64,000 nucleotides of DNA from an uncultured Acidobacteriota bacterium. GTDB taxonomy: Bacteria; Acidobacteriota; Polarisedimenticolia; J045. Below, piece by piece: positions 1 to 9,724 of the stretch (the stretch's first letter is position 1; each line of letters starts with the position of its first letter). The stretch spans positions 64,001-128,000 of the forward strand of contig CAVPCQ010000015.1 in the NCBI GenBank assembly GCA_963702425.1. Direction: 5' to 3'. The position numbers and the translations under genes are program-made. The notes beneath the pieces were generated by a model, which saw only the letters and a list, made by a program, of their open reading frames with translations, was not told where the DNA came from and made no database searches.

Positions 1-1
1 G

Positions 2-649
2 TTCGTCGAAACCTTCTCCGAGATCTCCGCCCACTGGTACCTCGAAGCGATCAAGGACGATGCGGGCGTCCGCTCCTCGCTCAACTACTGGCGGTCGAGC
101 GGCATGGCGCGCGACCGGCTGGGCCCGGTCGCCCAGCCCCTTCGCGCCCCGATGCTCTACTACACGAAGGGGCCGTTCATCGTGAACATGCTCCGGCACT
201 ACTACTCGCCGGACAAGCTGCTGAGCTTCCTCCGCACCACGATGCAGACCTACGACGGAGACCTGATCGCCACGGCGGACCTGCGGTTGGTCGCCAACAA
301 GGTCTTCGGCGAGAACATGGACTGGTGGTTCGACCAGTACGTCGAGGGGGTCGGGATCCCGGAGGTCGCCTACAAGTTCAACGACGCGACGCCGGCCGAG
401 GACGGCAAGGGCTGGATCATCACGGGGCGGCTCGAGCAGGTCGTCAAGTGGGACGGGAAGGCGATCGACGGCAAGTTCTTCACGAAGCTCCTGGTCCCGA
501 TGACGGTCGACACCGCCAACGGTCCCGTCCAGGTCAAGGAGTACCTCGATGCGGCGTCGAAGGACCTCCGGATCCGCGTCGAGGCGAAGCCCAAGGGTGC
601 GCCGAAGATCCAGGACGAGCTGGTCTGGATGACGACGCGGGCCCTCTAG
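2..649 (+). CDS. M1-family (gluzincin) aminopeptidase, C-terminal part (5' truncated by window edge)
   Basis: The frame is open from base 2. FVETFSEISAHWY resembles the WLxEGFAxY third Zn-ligand region, and YYTKGPF..MLR matches the M1 YxKG motif. Also 'MDWWFDQYV.G.GIP'. Confidence 0.7.
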   Translation, partial: FVETFSEISAHWYLEAIKDDAGVRSSLNYWRSSGMARDRLGPVAQPLRAPMLYYTKGPFIVNMLRHYYSPDKLLSFLRTTMQTYDGDLIATADLRLVANKVFGENMDWWFDQYVEGVGIPEVAYKFNDATPAEDGKGWIITGRLEQVVKWDGKAIDGKFFTKLLVPMTVDTANGPVQVKEYLDAASKDLRIRVEAKPKGAPKIQDELVWMTTRAL

Positions 650-667
650 CACACGGATCGCGGCACG

Positions 668-700
668 AGCCCGCGGCGACCCCCGTCGCCGCGGGCTTTT
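668..700 (+). terminator. Rho-independent terminator
   Basis: Stem agcccgcggcgac / gtcgccgcgggct followed by a T-run, just after the peptidase stop. Confidence 0.75.
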
Positions 701-703
701 CTC

Positions 704-721
704 TTGTCACAGGACTGTCAC
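704..721 (+). promoter_or_regulatory. Pho box upstream of phoB
   Basis: TTGTCAC-AGGA-CTGTCAC is an 11-bp-period direct repeat matching the PhoB consensus CTGTCAT-N4-CTGTCAC. Confidence 0.7.
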
Positions 722-775
722 CGGCAACGAGGCTCCCGGTTTTTCATCCCCGCGTGGAATCCGTACAATGACCAG

Positions 776-1462
776 GTGGCAAGCGACCGCATCACGCTCG
801 TCGAGGACGATCCGGACATTGCCGAGGTCCTGCGCTACAACCTCGTCAAGGAGGGGTTCCAGGTCGACGTCTTCGGCCGCGGCGACTCGGCCCTGGCGGG
901 AATCCGGAGCCTGCCGCCCGACCTGGTGCTGCTCGACCTGATGCTGCCGGGAGTGGACGGACTCGAGATCTGCCGGCTGCTCAAGCGCGAGGCCAGGACC
1001 GCCACCATCCCGCTCGTCATGCTGACCGCCAGGGGCGAAGAGACCGACCGGATCGTGGGCCTGGAGTTGGGCGCGGACGACTACATCCCGAAGCCGTTCA
1101 GCACGCGCGAGGTGGTGCTGCGGATCAAGGCCGTCCTGCGGCGCCACAAGGGGGCCGGCAGCGGGTCGGGCGAGATGCTCGAGGCCGGCCGGGCGCGGCT
1201 CTTCCCCGCCGACCACCGGTTCGAGATCGACGGCAGCGAGGTTCTCCTCACCGCGACCGAGTTCCGCCTGCTCCACTTCCTCATGGCCCGGCTCGGCCGC
1301 GTGCAGAACCGCAGCCTGCTCCTGACGGAGGTCTGGTCCTACACCGAGGGGGTCGACAGCCGCACGGTGGACACTCACGTGCGCCGGCTGCGCCGGAAGC
1401 TCGGTCCGGAGGCCGACCGGATCGAGACGATCGTCGGCGTGGGGTACCGCTTCCGGCCGTAG
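776..1462 (+). CDS. phoB: OmpR/PhoB-family response regulator PhoB
   Basis: REC domain (VEDD, LLDLMLP, KPF) plus winged helix (RTVDTHVRRLRRKL, GVGYRF), in pst/phoU/phoR context. GTG start at 776, 6 nt after TACAAT. Confidence 0.88.
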   Translation: MASDRITLVEDDPDIAEVLRYNLVKEGFQVDVFGRGDSALAGIRSLPPDLVLLDLMLPGVDGLEICRLLKREARTATIPLVMLTARGEETDRIVGLELGADDYIPKPFSTREVVLRIKAVLRRHKGAGSGSGEMLEAGRARLFPADHRFEIDGSEVLLTATEFRLLHFLMARLGRVQNRSLLLTEVWSYTEGVDSRTVDTHVRRLRRKLGPEADRIETIVGVGYRFRP

Positions 1463-1494
1463 GGGCCGGGCTCTGTCCCGGCCCGGACCCGCGT

Positions 1495-2850
1495 CTAGAA
1501 CGTCAGCACGAACCTCGAGCCCTGCCCCAACTCCGACTCGACCCGCACCTGACCACCGTGCAGTCTCATCAGGTGCTTCACGATCGCCAGCCCCAGGCCG
1601 GTGCCGGCGCGCTCCCGCGACCCGGCGTCGGCCCGGAAGAAGCGGTGGAAGACCTTGTCCAGGGCGTCGGCCGGGATGCCGATTCCGGTGTCCTCGACCT
1701 CGATCACGGGATGCCCTTCGAGGACCCGACCGCGCACGGTCACGCGCCCGCCCGGCCGGTTGAACTTGATCGCGTTGTCGACCAGGTTGACCAGCACCTG
1801 CTCGAGTCGCCGCCGGTCGGCGCGGAGCCGCAGGGGTGCCGGGGCGTCGATCTCGAGCGTCAGCTTGGACTCGGCCGCGAGGTGGGCGTGCTGGGCGACC
1901 ACGTCGCGCAGCAGCGCCGACGCGTCGAGATCCACAGGATCGAGCTTGATCGCTTCGGTCTCGATCAGCGACAGGTCCGTCAGGTCGGCGAGCAGCGCTT
2001 CCATCCGCTCGACCTGCCGGGCCGAGATCCCGAGAAAACGCATCGCGATCCCGGGGTCGGAACAGCGGTCCTCGAGCAGGGTCTCGACCGCGGCCTTGAT
2101 CGACGTGATCGGGGTGCGCAGCTCGTGCGAGACGTTGGCGACGAACTCGCGTCGCACGCGCTCGAGCGCCTCGAGCCGCGTGATCTCGTAGAGCAGGACG
2201 ATCGCCCCGCGCGAACCGCCGTTGACCGGGACCGCGGTGACTTGGACGTCGAAGGACCGCCCCGTCACCGGATCGGCGTAGGTCAGCTGCCCGTCCTCCT
2301 CGCCCGCCAGCACGCGCCCGACCGCGTCGATCACCGCGGGGATCCGCAGGACCTCGCTGATCGGTCGGGGCACGGGATCGGTCCGCATCGAGCAGATCGA
2401 GCGGAAGCTGTCGTTCGCCAGCTCCAGCCGGCCGTCCGCCCCCACGACGCCCAGCGCCTCGCGCATCCGCCCGATCACGGACCGCAACAGCGTCCGCTCG
2501 CGCTCCGCGGCAGCGGCCCGTCCCACGAGCGCGGCCCTCAGGCTCTCGACGGCCACGATCAGCCGGGCCAGGTCGTCGTGCTCGTCGGCGGTCTGGATCG
2601 GACGGTCGGCAGCGCCTGCCAGGGCGCTCTCGGCCGCCTCCGCGACCTGTTCGATGCGCTGCGCCTGGCGGCGCAGCACCCACGCTGCCAGCGCCAGCGC
2701 CGCGGCCACCGGCACGGAGAAGAACGGCAGCAGGCGCCAGAATCCGGGCGCGCCCGCCCCCGTCACCGCGACCGCGGCTGCGAGTCCGCCGAGTGCGGCG
2801 GTGCTCACACCCGCGGCGAAGATGCTCCAGAGCCGGTTTCGGGCCCGCAT
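1495..2850 (-). CDS. phoR: Phosphate-regulon sensor histidine kinase PhoR
   Basis: 2 TM segments, HAMP, PAS-like domain, 'RREFVANVSHELRTP' H-box, NAIKFN, DTGIGI, GTGLGL. Coupled to phoU. Confidence 0.88.
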   Translation of the reverse strand: MRARNRLWSIFAAGVSTAALGGLAAAVAVTGAGAPGFWRLLPFFSVPVAAALALAAWVLRRQAQRIEQVAEAAESALAGAADRPIQTADEHDDLARLIVAVESLRAALVGRAAAAERERTLLRSVIGRMREALGVVGADGRLELANDSFRSICSMRTDPVPRPISEVLRIPAVIDAVGRVLAGEEDGQLTYADPVTGRSFDVQVTAVPVNGGSRGAIVLLYEITRLEALERVRREFVANVSHELRTPITSIKAAVETLLEDRCSDPGIAMRFLGISARQVERMEALLADLTDLSLIETEAIKLDPVDLDASALLRDVVAQHAHLAAESKLTLEIDAPAPLRLRADRRRLEQVLVNLVDNAIKFNRPGGRVTVRGRVLEGHPVIEVEDTGIGIPADALDKVFHRFFRADAGSRERAGTGLGLAIVKHLMRLHGGQVRVESELGQGSRFVLTF

Positions 2851-3542
2851 CAGCCGCGCGGTTCGCCCTCGTCGCCCATCCAGGAGTGCTTGATGATCTT
2901 GCCTTCGACCGAGTAGACGATCTCCTCGGCGATGTTGGTGGCCTCGTCGCCGATCCGCTCGAACTCCTTGGCGACGAAGATCAACCGGATCGCGCGGCGG
3001 GTGGTGCGCGGGTCCTCCAGCATGTAGGACAGCAGCTCGCGGAACACCGCCTCCATCCGGCTGTCCAGCTCGTCATCGAGCGGGATCACGGCCCGCGCCG
3101 CCTCGGCGTCGCGGTTGACGAAGGCATCGAGTGCCGAGCGGACCATCTCCTGGGCCCGTCGCGCCATCTGCGGGATGTCGACGAGCGGCTTGAGCGGCGG
3201 CTCGGAGCTCAGCTCGATCGCCCGCTGCGCGATGTTCCCCGCGTGGTCGGCGAGCCGCTCGAGATCCGTCGTGATCTGCATCGCGGTCATCACGAAGCGC
3301 AGGTCACGCGCGGCGAGCTGGTAGCGCACCATGAGCTCCATCGTGAACTGGTCGATCTCCAGCTCGAGCTGGTCGATCTGCGCGTCGTCCCTGATCACCT
3401 GCGCGGCGATCCGGTCGTCGCGCTCGACGAGCGCGCGCACGGCGTTGCCGATCGCCTGCTCGACGAGGCCGCCCATCCGCTGGACCATCGCGCCGAGCTG
3501 GTCGAGCTGGTGCTCGAAGTGTCGTTCCATCGATCCGGTCAT
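2850..3542 (-). CDS. phoU: Phosphate signalling protein PhoU
   Basis: Two PhoU repeats (DLERLADHAGNIA, EFERIGDEATNIAE). Confidence 0.95.
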   Translation of the reverse strand: MTGSMERHFEHQLDQLGAMVQRMGGLVEQAIGNAVRALVERDDRIAAQVIRDDAQIDQLELEIDQFTMELMVRYQLAARDLRFVMTAMQITTDLERLADHAGNIAQRAIELSSEPPLKPLVDIPQMARRAQEMVRSALDAFVNRDAEAARAVIPLDDELDSRMEAVFRELLSYMLEDPRTTRRAIRLIFVAKEFERIGDEATNIAEEIVYSVEGKIIKHSWMGDEGEPRG

Positions 3543-3565
3543 GGTCTCGTCCTCGATACAGGCAG

Positions 3566-4474
3566 CTAGCCGAAGCGTCCCGTGATGTAATCCTCGGTCT
3601 GCCTCTTCATCGGGTTCAGGAAGAGCTTCTCGGTCTTGCCGTATTCGATCATCCGCCCGAGGTACATGAACGCCGTCAGGTCGGAAACGCGCGAGGCCTG
3701 CTGCATGTTGTGGGTGACGATCACCAGCGTGTAGCGGTCCTTCAGCTGCTGCATCAGCTCTTCGATCCGTGCAGTCGCGATCGGATCCAGCGCGGAGCAG
3801 GGTTCGTCGAGTAGGATCACCTCCGGCTCGACCGCAATCGCGCGGGCGATGCAGAGCCGCTGCTGCTGTCCGCCCGACATCCCCAGCGCGCTCTCGCCGA
3901 GCCGGTCCCTGACCTCATCCCAGAGCGCGGCGCCCTGGAGGCTGCGTTCGACCGCCTCGTCGAGGTCCGATTTCTTCCGCACGCCGTGGATCCGGAGCCC
4001 GTAGGCGATGTTCTCGTAGATCGACTTCGGGAACGGATTCGACTTCTGGAACACCATCCCGATCTGCTTGCGCAGGCTGTTGACCTCGAGCCGCGGGTCG
4101 AAGATGTTCCCCCCCTCGAAGCCGATCGTGCCCTCGGTGCGGACACCGTCCACGAGGTCGTTCATCCGGTTGAAGCAGCGCAGGAGCGTCGACTTGCCGC
4201 AGCCCGACGGCCCGATGAAGGCGGTGATCCTGTGCCGCGGAATCCGCATCGACACGTCGAACAGCGCCTGCTTCTCGCTGTACCAGAGCGACAGGTGATC
4301 GACGGTCAGCACCGGGTCGCCGACCTCGGGGTTGAGGGCGGGGTCGTGGGCGGGGTCGGGGTCGGAGGCCGGATCGGGGGTTCCGGTCCCGGTCATCTCG
4401 GGGGTCGGGCTCATCGGCTCCGGCTCCGGGCTGGGCTGGGGCGGCAGGGGATCGAGTTGGCGTTCGGCCGACAT
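3566..4474 (-). CDS. pstB: Phosphate ABC transporter ATPase PstB, with Pro-rich N-terminal extension
   Basis: GPSGCGKST, 'NRMND', [22 protein letters not shown]-terminal YITGRFG. Confidence 0.95.
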   Translation of the reverse strand: MSAERQLDPLPPQPSPEPEPMSPTPEMTGTGTPDPASDPDPAHDPALNPEVGDPVLTVDHLSLWYSEKQALFDVSMRIPRHRITAFIGPSGCGKSTLLRCFNRMNDLVDGVRTEGTIGFEGGNIFDPRLEVNSLRKQIGMVFQKSNPFPKSIYENIAYGLRIHGVRKKSDLDEAVERSLQGAALWDEVRDRLGESALGMSGGQQQRLCIARAIAVEPEVILLDEPCSALDPIATARIEELMQQLKDRYTLVIVTHNMQQASRVSDLTAFMYLGRMIEYGKTEKLFLNPMKRQTEDYITGRFG

Positions 4475-4499
4475 GTTAGACGCCTCCGGGCGCCGGTGC

Positions 4500-6146
4500 T
4501 CAGACCGCGCTCGTCGCGTACCGGCGCCGCAGCCGGTTGCGGATCGCGATGGCCGCGAGGTTCATGACCATCACGACCGCCACCAGCAGCAGCGCGGTCG
4601 CGAAGACCAGCGGCTTGGTCGCCTCGACGTTCGGGCTCTGGAAGCCGACGTCGTAGATGTGGAACCCGAGATGCATGAACTTCCGTTCGACGTGGACGAA
4701 CGGGGCCTGCCCGTCCACGGGCAGCTCCGGCGCCAGCTTCACCATCCCCACGATCATCAGCGGCGCCACCTCGCCGGCCGCGCGCGCCATGGCAAGGATA
4801 AGCCCGGTCAGGATCCCCGGCGCGGCGGCCGGGACCACGACCTTCCAGGTGGTCTCGAACCGGGTCGCCCCGAGGGCCATCGACCCCTCGCGCGCGGCGC
4901 GGGGCACGGCCGCCAGCCCTTCCTCCGCCGCCACGATGACGACCGGGACCGTCAGCAGGGCCAGCGTCAGGCTGGCCCAGAGGATGCCGCCGGTCCCGAA
5001 GGTGGGGGTGGGCAGCGCCTCGGGGTAGAACAGCCGGTCGATCGACCCGCCGACGAGGTAGACGAAGAACCCCAACCCGAACATCCCGAAGACGATCGAG
5101 GGGACGCCGGCGAGGTTGTTCACGGCGATCCGGACGGCCCGCACCAGCGGCCCCTGCCTGGCGTACTCGCGCAGGTAGACCGCCGCCAGGACCCCGAACG
5201 GCGAGACGAAGAAGGTCATGATGAAGACCATCATCACGGTGCCGAAGATCGCCGGGAAGATCCCGCCCTCGGTGTTCGACTCGCGCGGCTCGCCGCTCAC
5301 GAACTCCCACAGGCGGGACGCGTACAGGGCGAGCTTCCCGCCGAATTCGAGTTCGTTCGGCCGCAGCGCCCGCACGACGACGCCGAGCGGCAGTTCCTTC
5401 CTGGTCCCGTCCGCGGCCTCGACGACCAGGATCTCGCGGCCCCATTCCTCGCGCAGCGCGGTCAGCTCCGCGGCGCGGGCTTCGAAGCGCTGCCGGAGGG
5501 CCGCGAGCTGGGCGTCGATCGCCTGCTCGCGCCGCGCCCGCTCGGCTTCCGGGAGGTCCTTCAGGCGCAGGCCTCGGCGCTGCCGGTCGAGCGCCTGGAT
5601 CTCGCGGTTGATCGATCCGATCGGACCTCGCTCGAGCGCCCGGATCGCCTTGAACTGGCGCTCCTTGACCGGCTGTTGCTCGTGGAACGCGCGCCACGTC
5701 GCTTCGCTTCCGCTGGCCAGTTCGCGGTCGCCGGCGCGCAGCGCCGCCAGCCGCCCGTAGAAGTTCCCCCACTCCAGTCGCTCGAGCAGCACGGCATCCG
5801 CGGGGTAGGTGATCGAACGGACGTCCTTTTCGTCGAACCAGGCGAAGTCGGCGCCCGTCAGGTCGCGGTTCCCGCCCTTGAGCTGGAGCCGGGCGATCTC
5901 CTCGACCGGCCCCGTCTTCTCCCGCTGCACGGAGGCCGTCTCGCGGACGTGGATCTCGCCCATCACCCGCCGGCCGTCGGCCAGTTCCAGCTCCGCGACC
6001 CGGTTCGGCCAGAAATAGAACATGCCGTTCGCCGCGAGCAGCACGAGCAGACCGATCACCAGCAGCAGCGACAGGGCCAGCGCGCCGCCCGCAAGCGCTA
6101 CCAGGTGGTCGCCCAGTCTGTCCCGCTTCGCTCCGATCCGGGTCAC
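4500..6146 (-). CDS. pstA: Phosphate ABC permease PstA (long form with periplasmic coiled-coil domain)
   Basis: [40 protein letters not shown] start after a GAGGGG RBS. Confidence 0.92.
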   Translation of the reverse strand: MTRIGAKRDRLGDHLVALAGGALALSLLLVIGLLVLLAANGMFYFWPNRVAELELADGRRVMGEIHVRETASVQREKTGPVEEIARLQLKGGNRDLTGADFAWFDEKDVRSITYPADAVLLERLEWGNFYGRLAALRAGDRELASGSEATWRAFHEQQPVKERQFKAIRALERGPIGSINREIQALDRQRRGLRLKDLPEAERARREQAIDAQLAALRQRFEARAAELTALREEWGREILVVEAADGTRKELPLGVVVRALRPNELEFGGKLALYASRLWEFVSGEPRESNTEGGIFPAIFGTVMMVFIMTFFVSPFGVLAAVYLREYARQGPLVRAVRIAVNNLAGVPSIVFGMFGLGFFVYLVGGSIDRLFYPEALPTPTFGTGGILWASLTLALLTVPVVIVAAEEGLAAVPRAAREGSMALGATRFETTWKVVVPAAAPGILTGLILAMARAAGEVAPLMIVGMVKLAPELPVDGQAPFVHVERKFMHLGFHIYDVGFQSPNVEATKPLVFATALLLVAVVMVMNLAAIAIRNRLRRRYATSAV

Positions 6147-6156
6147 CGGGCGCCCC

Positions 6157-8424
6157 TCAGAGGTTCGCATACTTGCGGCGGAGGTTCTGGCGCACGACTT
6201 CCGCCACGGTGTTCACGGCGAAGGTCAGAGCGAAGAGCAGCAGCCCGGCCAGAAAAAGCACGCGGTAGAGGGTCCCGCCCGCCGGCGCCTCGGGGATCTC
6301 GACCGCGATGTTCGCGGACAGCGTGCGGAAGCCGTTGAACGGGCTCCAGTCCATGATCGGCGTGTTGCCGGTCGCCATCAGCACGATCATCGTCTCGCCC
6401 ACGGCGCGGCCGAAGCCGATCATGATGGCCGAGAAGATCCCGGCGCTGGCGGTCGGAAGCACGACCTTCGCCACCGTCTGCCAGCGGCTGGCACCGAGCG
6501 CGAGCGAGCCCGCAACGAGACTCTGCGGCACGTTCGAGAACGCCTCTTCCGCGACCGAGAAGATGATCGGGATCACCGCGAAGCCCATCGCCAGGCCGAC
6601 CACGACCGCGTTGCGCTGGTCGTAGCCAAGGCCCGCGGTCTCGAGCAGCCAGGACTGGAAGCGCCCCCCGAAGGCCCAGTTCTCGAGGACCGGGCCGAGC
6701 TGGAAGGCCAGCCACGCGCCGAACGCCAGGAAGAAGACCCCGGCCACGACCTCGCTCCCGGCGGGGAACCGCCCGCGCAGGCCGGGCGGCAGCGAGCGCC
6801 AGGCGACGCCGGTGAGGAGCGCCATCAGCGGCAGGATCAGGATCAGCAGCAGCAGGCCGGGGAACGCCCGGTCGAGCCGGGGGGCCAGCCAGAGCCCGGC
6901 GATGAAGCCCAGCACGACCGAGGGCAGGGCGGCCATGATCTCGACCGCCGGCTTGACGAAGCGCTTGAGCGAGTGGTGCATGAACTGCGAGGTGTACATC
7001 GCGCCGAAGACGGCGAGCGGGATTGCGAGGATCAGCGAGTAGAAGGTTCCCTTGAGCGTCCCGAAGAGCAGCGGCGTCAGGGAGAGCTTCGGCTCGAAGT
7101 CGTCGGTGCCGCTGCTCGACTGCCAGGTGAAGCGCGGCTCCTCGTAGCCTTCGTACCAGACCTTCGAGAACAGCGCCTCGAGGCTGACCTCGGGGTGTGG
7201 GTTGTCGATCAGCAGCTGGGCGAGGCGCTCCGGCCCGGAGACGAAGACCGCGTCCGCCTTGGGTGCGTAGAAGACCGACGTTGCGCCCTCGATCGGCGCG
7301 CGGCCGGCCCAGAGGATGCGGTGGGAGGTCGAGTAGTAGAGGCCGAGTCCCCCCGCCCCGTCGAGGGCCACGAACCCCTTGTCGCGCGGCGAGGGGGTCA
7401 CGGCGCGGATCGGGCCGGCCTGCGCGGGGAAGTCGCGGATGCGGGTGAGCTGGAAGTCCTGTCCCGCGCGACGCACCGGGAACCAGACGCTGATCGAGCC
7501 GTCCTGCTGGCCGACCACCAGCGAGCGGTGGCCGTTGAGCAGGCTCAGGGCGGTGACGGCGGATCCGCCAGCCGGCACCACCTGCGGCGCAGCGGGGGCG
7601 TCCTCGCCGAGGCGCCACCAGAGCAGCCGCCCGCTCGCGGTGCCGCCATAGACGTTGCGCCCGTCGCCGTCGACGACCAGCGCGGTCACGGGCTCGGGGA
7701 GCGGCGCGACCGAGCGGTCGAGGGTCTCGGCCCGCTCGCTGGAGAATGCGTTCTCGGTGACGCGCAAGCGCACGATCGCCAGGCCTTCCGAAGTCGGTGC
7801 GGCGGCGATCGCCTGGCCGTCCGCGGCCGCCGCACCCGCGAAGACGGTCACCGGGCGCCGCGCCGGATCGACCTCGAGTGCTGCGCCGCCGAGGATCTCG
7901 ACTGCGGTCCGGCGCACCCCCTCGGTGAACTCCGCGGTGAACCGCACCGGCTCGACGAGGACCCGTCCGTCCTCGGTTCCAGCGACGAACGCCGCGCTGC
8001 CGGGAGCGACCTGCACCCCCGTCAGCCGCGGGGCCGGCGCCTCGGTTGTCGACGCGACCACCGGACGGTCGAGCACGACCCTGCCATCCGCGAGCTGCAC
8101 CGCGCGCAGCCTCCCGTCGGTGCCGAGGTGGGCGACCAGGCTGCGGTACTCGTCGGCGACGATCGCGCCGCCCGGCAGGGAGGGGACGCGCTCCACGACG
8201 GCCGCCTCGACCCGGGCCCCCCGCAGGAGCGGCCAAGCCGCCACGAGGATGAACAGCAGGATGCCGAGGATGCTGACGATGACCGCCACCCCGCCGCCCA
8301 CCACGCCCCAGGTCCCCAGGCGGTCGGCGAGGAGCCGCACCGGAGAGGTGCCGCGCGTCATGCGCGGCACACCGCGCTCCTCGCGCGGCCGATCGGGGAG
8401 CAGGTCCGGGGCAGCGGCCATCAC
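6157..8424 (-). CDS. pstC: Phosphate ABC permease PstC (long form with beta-propeller-like periplasmic domain)
   Basis: WQSSSGTDDFEPKLSL, EIMAALPSVVLG, GRAVGETMIVLMATGN. WD40-like segments in the N-terminal half. Confidence 0.9.
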   Translation of the reverse strand: MMAAAPDLLPDRPREERGVPRMTRGTSPVRLLADRLGTWGVVGGGVAVIVSILGILLFILVAAWPLLRGARVEAAVVERVPSLPGGAIVADEYRSLVAHLGTDGRLRAVQLADGRVVLDRPVVASTTEAPAPRLTGVQVAPGSAAFVAGTEDGRVLVEPVRFTAEFTEGVRRTAVEILGGAALEVDPARRPVTVFAGAAAADGQAIAAAPTSEGLAIVRLRVTENAFSSERAETLDRSVAPLPEPVTALVVDGDGRNVYGGTASGRLLWWRLGEDAPAAPQVVPAGGSAVTALSLLNGHRSLVVGQQDGSISVWFPVRRAGQDFQLTRIRDFPAQAGPIRAVTPSPRDKGFVALDGAGGLGLYYSTSHRILWAGRAPIEGATSVFYAPKADAVFVSGPERLAQLLIDNPHPEVSLEALFSKVWYEGYEEPRFTWQSSSGTDDFEPKLSLTPLLFGTLKGTFYSLILAIPLAVFGAMYTSQFMHHSLKRFVKPAVEIMAALPSVVLGFIAGLWLAPRLDRAFPGLLLLILILPLMALLTGVAWRSLPPGLRGRFPAGSEVVAGVFFLAFGAWLAFQLGPVLENWAFGGRFQSWLLETAGLGYDQRNAVVVGLAMGFAVIPIIFSVAEEAFSNVPQSLVAGSLALGASRWQTVAKVVLPTASAGIFSAIMIGFGRAVGETMIVLMATGNTPIMDWSPFNGFRTLSANIAVEIPEAPAGGTLYRVLFLAGLLLFALTFAVNTVAEVVRQNLRRKYANL

Positions 8425-8451
8425 TCGTCCTGTCGGGAACCGGGGGGCGCG

Positions 8452-9426
8452 TCAGTCGAGTTTCTTCAGCTCCTCGGCGATCATCTTTGCCGTCATCGGC
8501 AGGTAGCCGTCCTTGACGACGATCTCCTGGCCCGAACGCGACAGCGCGTAGACGAGGTACTGCTTGACGGTCGGATCGAGCGGCTCACCCGGCTTGCGGT
8601 TGACGTAGATGTAGAGAAAGCGCGAGAGCGGGTACTTCCCGGTCAGCACGTTCTCGAACTCGTCGTTGATGTAGGGCTCACCCGACTTGGCGGCCAGCGC
8701 CAGCGTCTTCACGCCGGAGGTCTTGTACCCGATGCCGCTGTAGCCGATGCCGTAGAGGTCCTTCTCGATCCCCTGAACCACCGACGCGGACCCCGGCTGC
8801 TCCTTCACGGTGTCCTTGTAGTCGCCCTTGCAGAGCGCGTGCTCCTTGAAGTAGCCGTAGGTGCCCGAGGCGGAGTTGCGACCGTAGAGGCTGACCGGCT
8901 TGTCGGCCCAGGCGCCCGTCAGGCCGAGCTGGCCCCAGGTCGCGACCTCGGCGGGGGCGCCGCAGGCGCGGTTCTTCGAGAAGATCGCGTCGACCTGCTG
9001 CATCGTCAGCTGGTTGAGCGGGTTGTCCTTGTTGACGAAGACGGCGAGGCCGTCGATGGCGACCCGGATCCCGAGCGGCTTGTAGCCGAACTTCTTCTCG
9101 AATTCGTCGAGTTCGGAGGCCTTCATCGTGCGGCTCATCGGGCCGAACTGCGCGGTCCCCGAGATCAGGGCCGGGGGCGCCGTGGAGGACCCCTTGCCCT
9201 CGATCTGGACCTTGACGTTGGGGTAGATCCCGCCGAACCCCTCGGCCCAGAGCGTCATCAGGTTGTTCATCGTGTCCGAGCCGACCGAACCGAGGTTGCC
9301 TGCCACGCCGGAGGTTTTCGCATAGACCGGGACTCCCGGGTCCACCTTCACCGCCTGGGCCAGCGCCAGGCCGATCACCGTCAGGGATACGAGGGCCGTC
9401 AGCGCCCCGCGGAACATCCGTCTCAT
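8452..9426 (-). CDS. pstS: Phosphate-binding protein PstS
   Basis: Signal peptide, [39 protein letters not shown] before the ATG at 9426. Confidence 0.93.
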   Translation of the reverse strand: MRRMFRGALTALVSLTVIGLALAQAVKVDPGVPVYAKTSGVAGNLGSVGSDTMNNLMTLWAEGFGGIYPNVKVQIEGKGSSTAPPALISGTAQFGPMSRTMKASELDEFEKKFGYKPLGIRVAIDGLAVFVNKDNPLNQLTMQQVDAIFSKNRACGAPAEVATWGQLGLTGAWADKPVSLYGRNSASGTYGYFKEHALCKGDYKDTVKEQPGSASVVQGIEKDLYGIGYSGIGYKTSGVKTLALAAKSGEPYINDEFENVLTGKYPLSRFLYIYVNRKPGEPLDPTVKQYLVYALSRSGQEIVVKDGYLPMTAKMIAEELKKLD

Positions 9427-9490
9427 GGGAGATCTCCTTGCGTCCGGGAGGGTCTCGAGCCTCCAGACCCCGCGATTCTGCGGGGCGGGT

Positions 9491-9530
9491 GCGACAGCGC
9501 AGCGTCGCCCCGGTGACATTCGTGTGACAC
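9491..9530 (-). promoter_or_regulatory. Pho boxes facing pstS
   Basis: On the minus strand, GTGTCAC-ACGA-ATGTCAC (9530-9513), plus an in-phase CTGTCGC at 9497-9491. Confidence 0.7.
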
Positions 9531-9607
9531 CGCGCGCTTGTGCCGCCAGGCCCAGGGTGCCCCCCGACTGTCACACGGAATCGCAGCTTCTCGTGGATTT
9601 CGCGCGA

Positions 9608-9636
9608 CTGTCACGTGTTGTTCACGCGCGTGTCAC
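9608..9636 (+). promoter_or_regulatory. Triple Pho box facing the porin gene
   Basis: CTGTCAC-GTGT-TGTTCAC-GCGC-GTGTCAC with 11-bp period. A further CTGTCAC lies at 9568-9574. Confidence 0.72.
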
Positions 9637-9724
9637 GCGGGATCGGCCTAATCGCAACGCGGAGGTGACGCCTGGAGACGTCGCTTCCGCCTGATCGCCC
9701 CGGCCGGGGGCTTGCGGAGGAATC

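Noticed and set aside
6022-9516. Very long antisense or alternative-frame ORFs (1164 aa here, also 707-2683, 26574-28919, 40188-42677 and others)
   Set aside because: They are shadows of real genes caused by high GC3 codon bias, are Arg/Ala/Gly-rich and carry no motifs.
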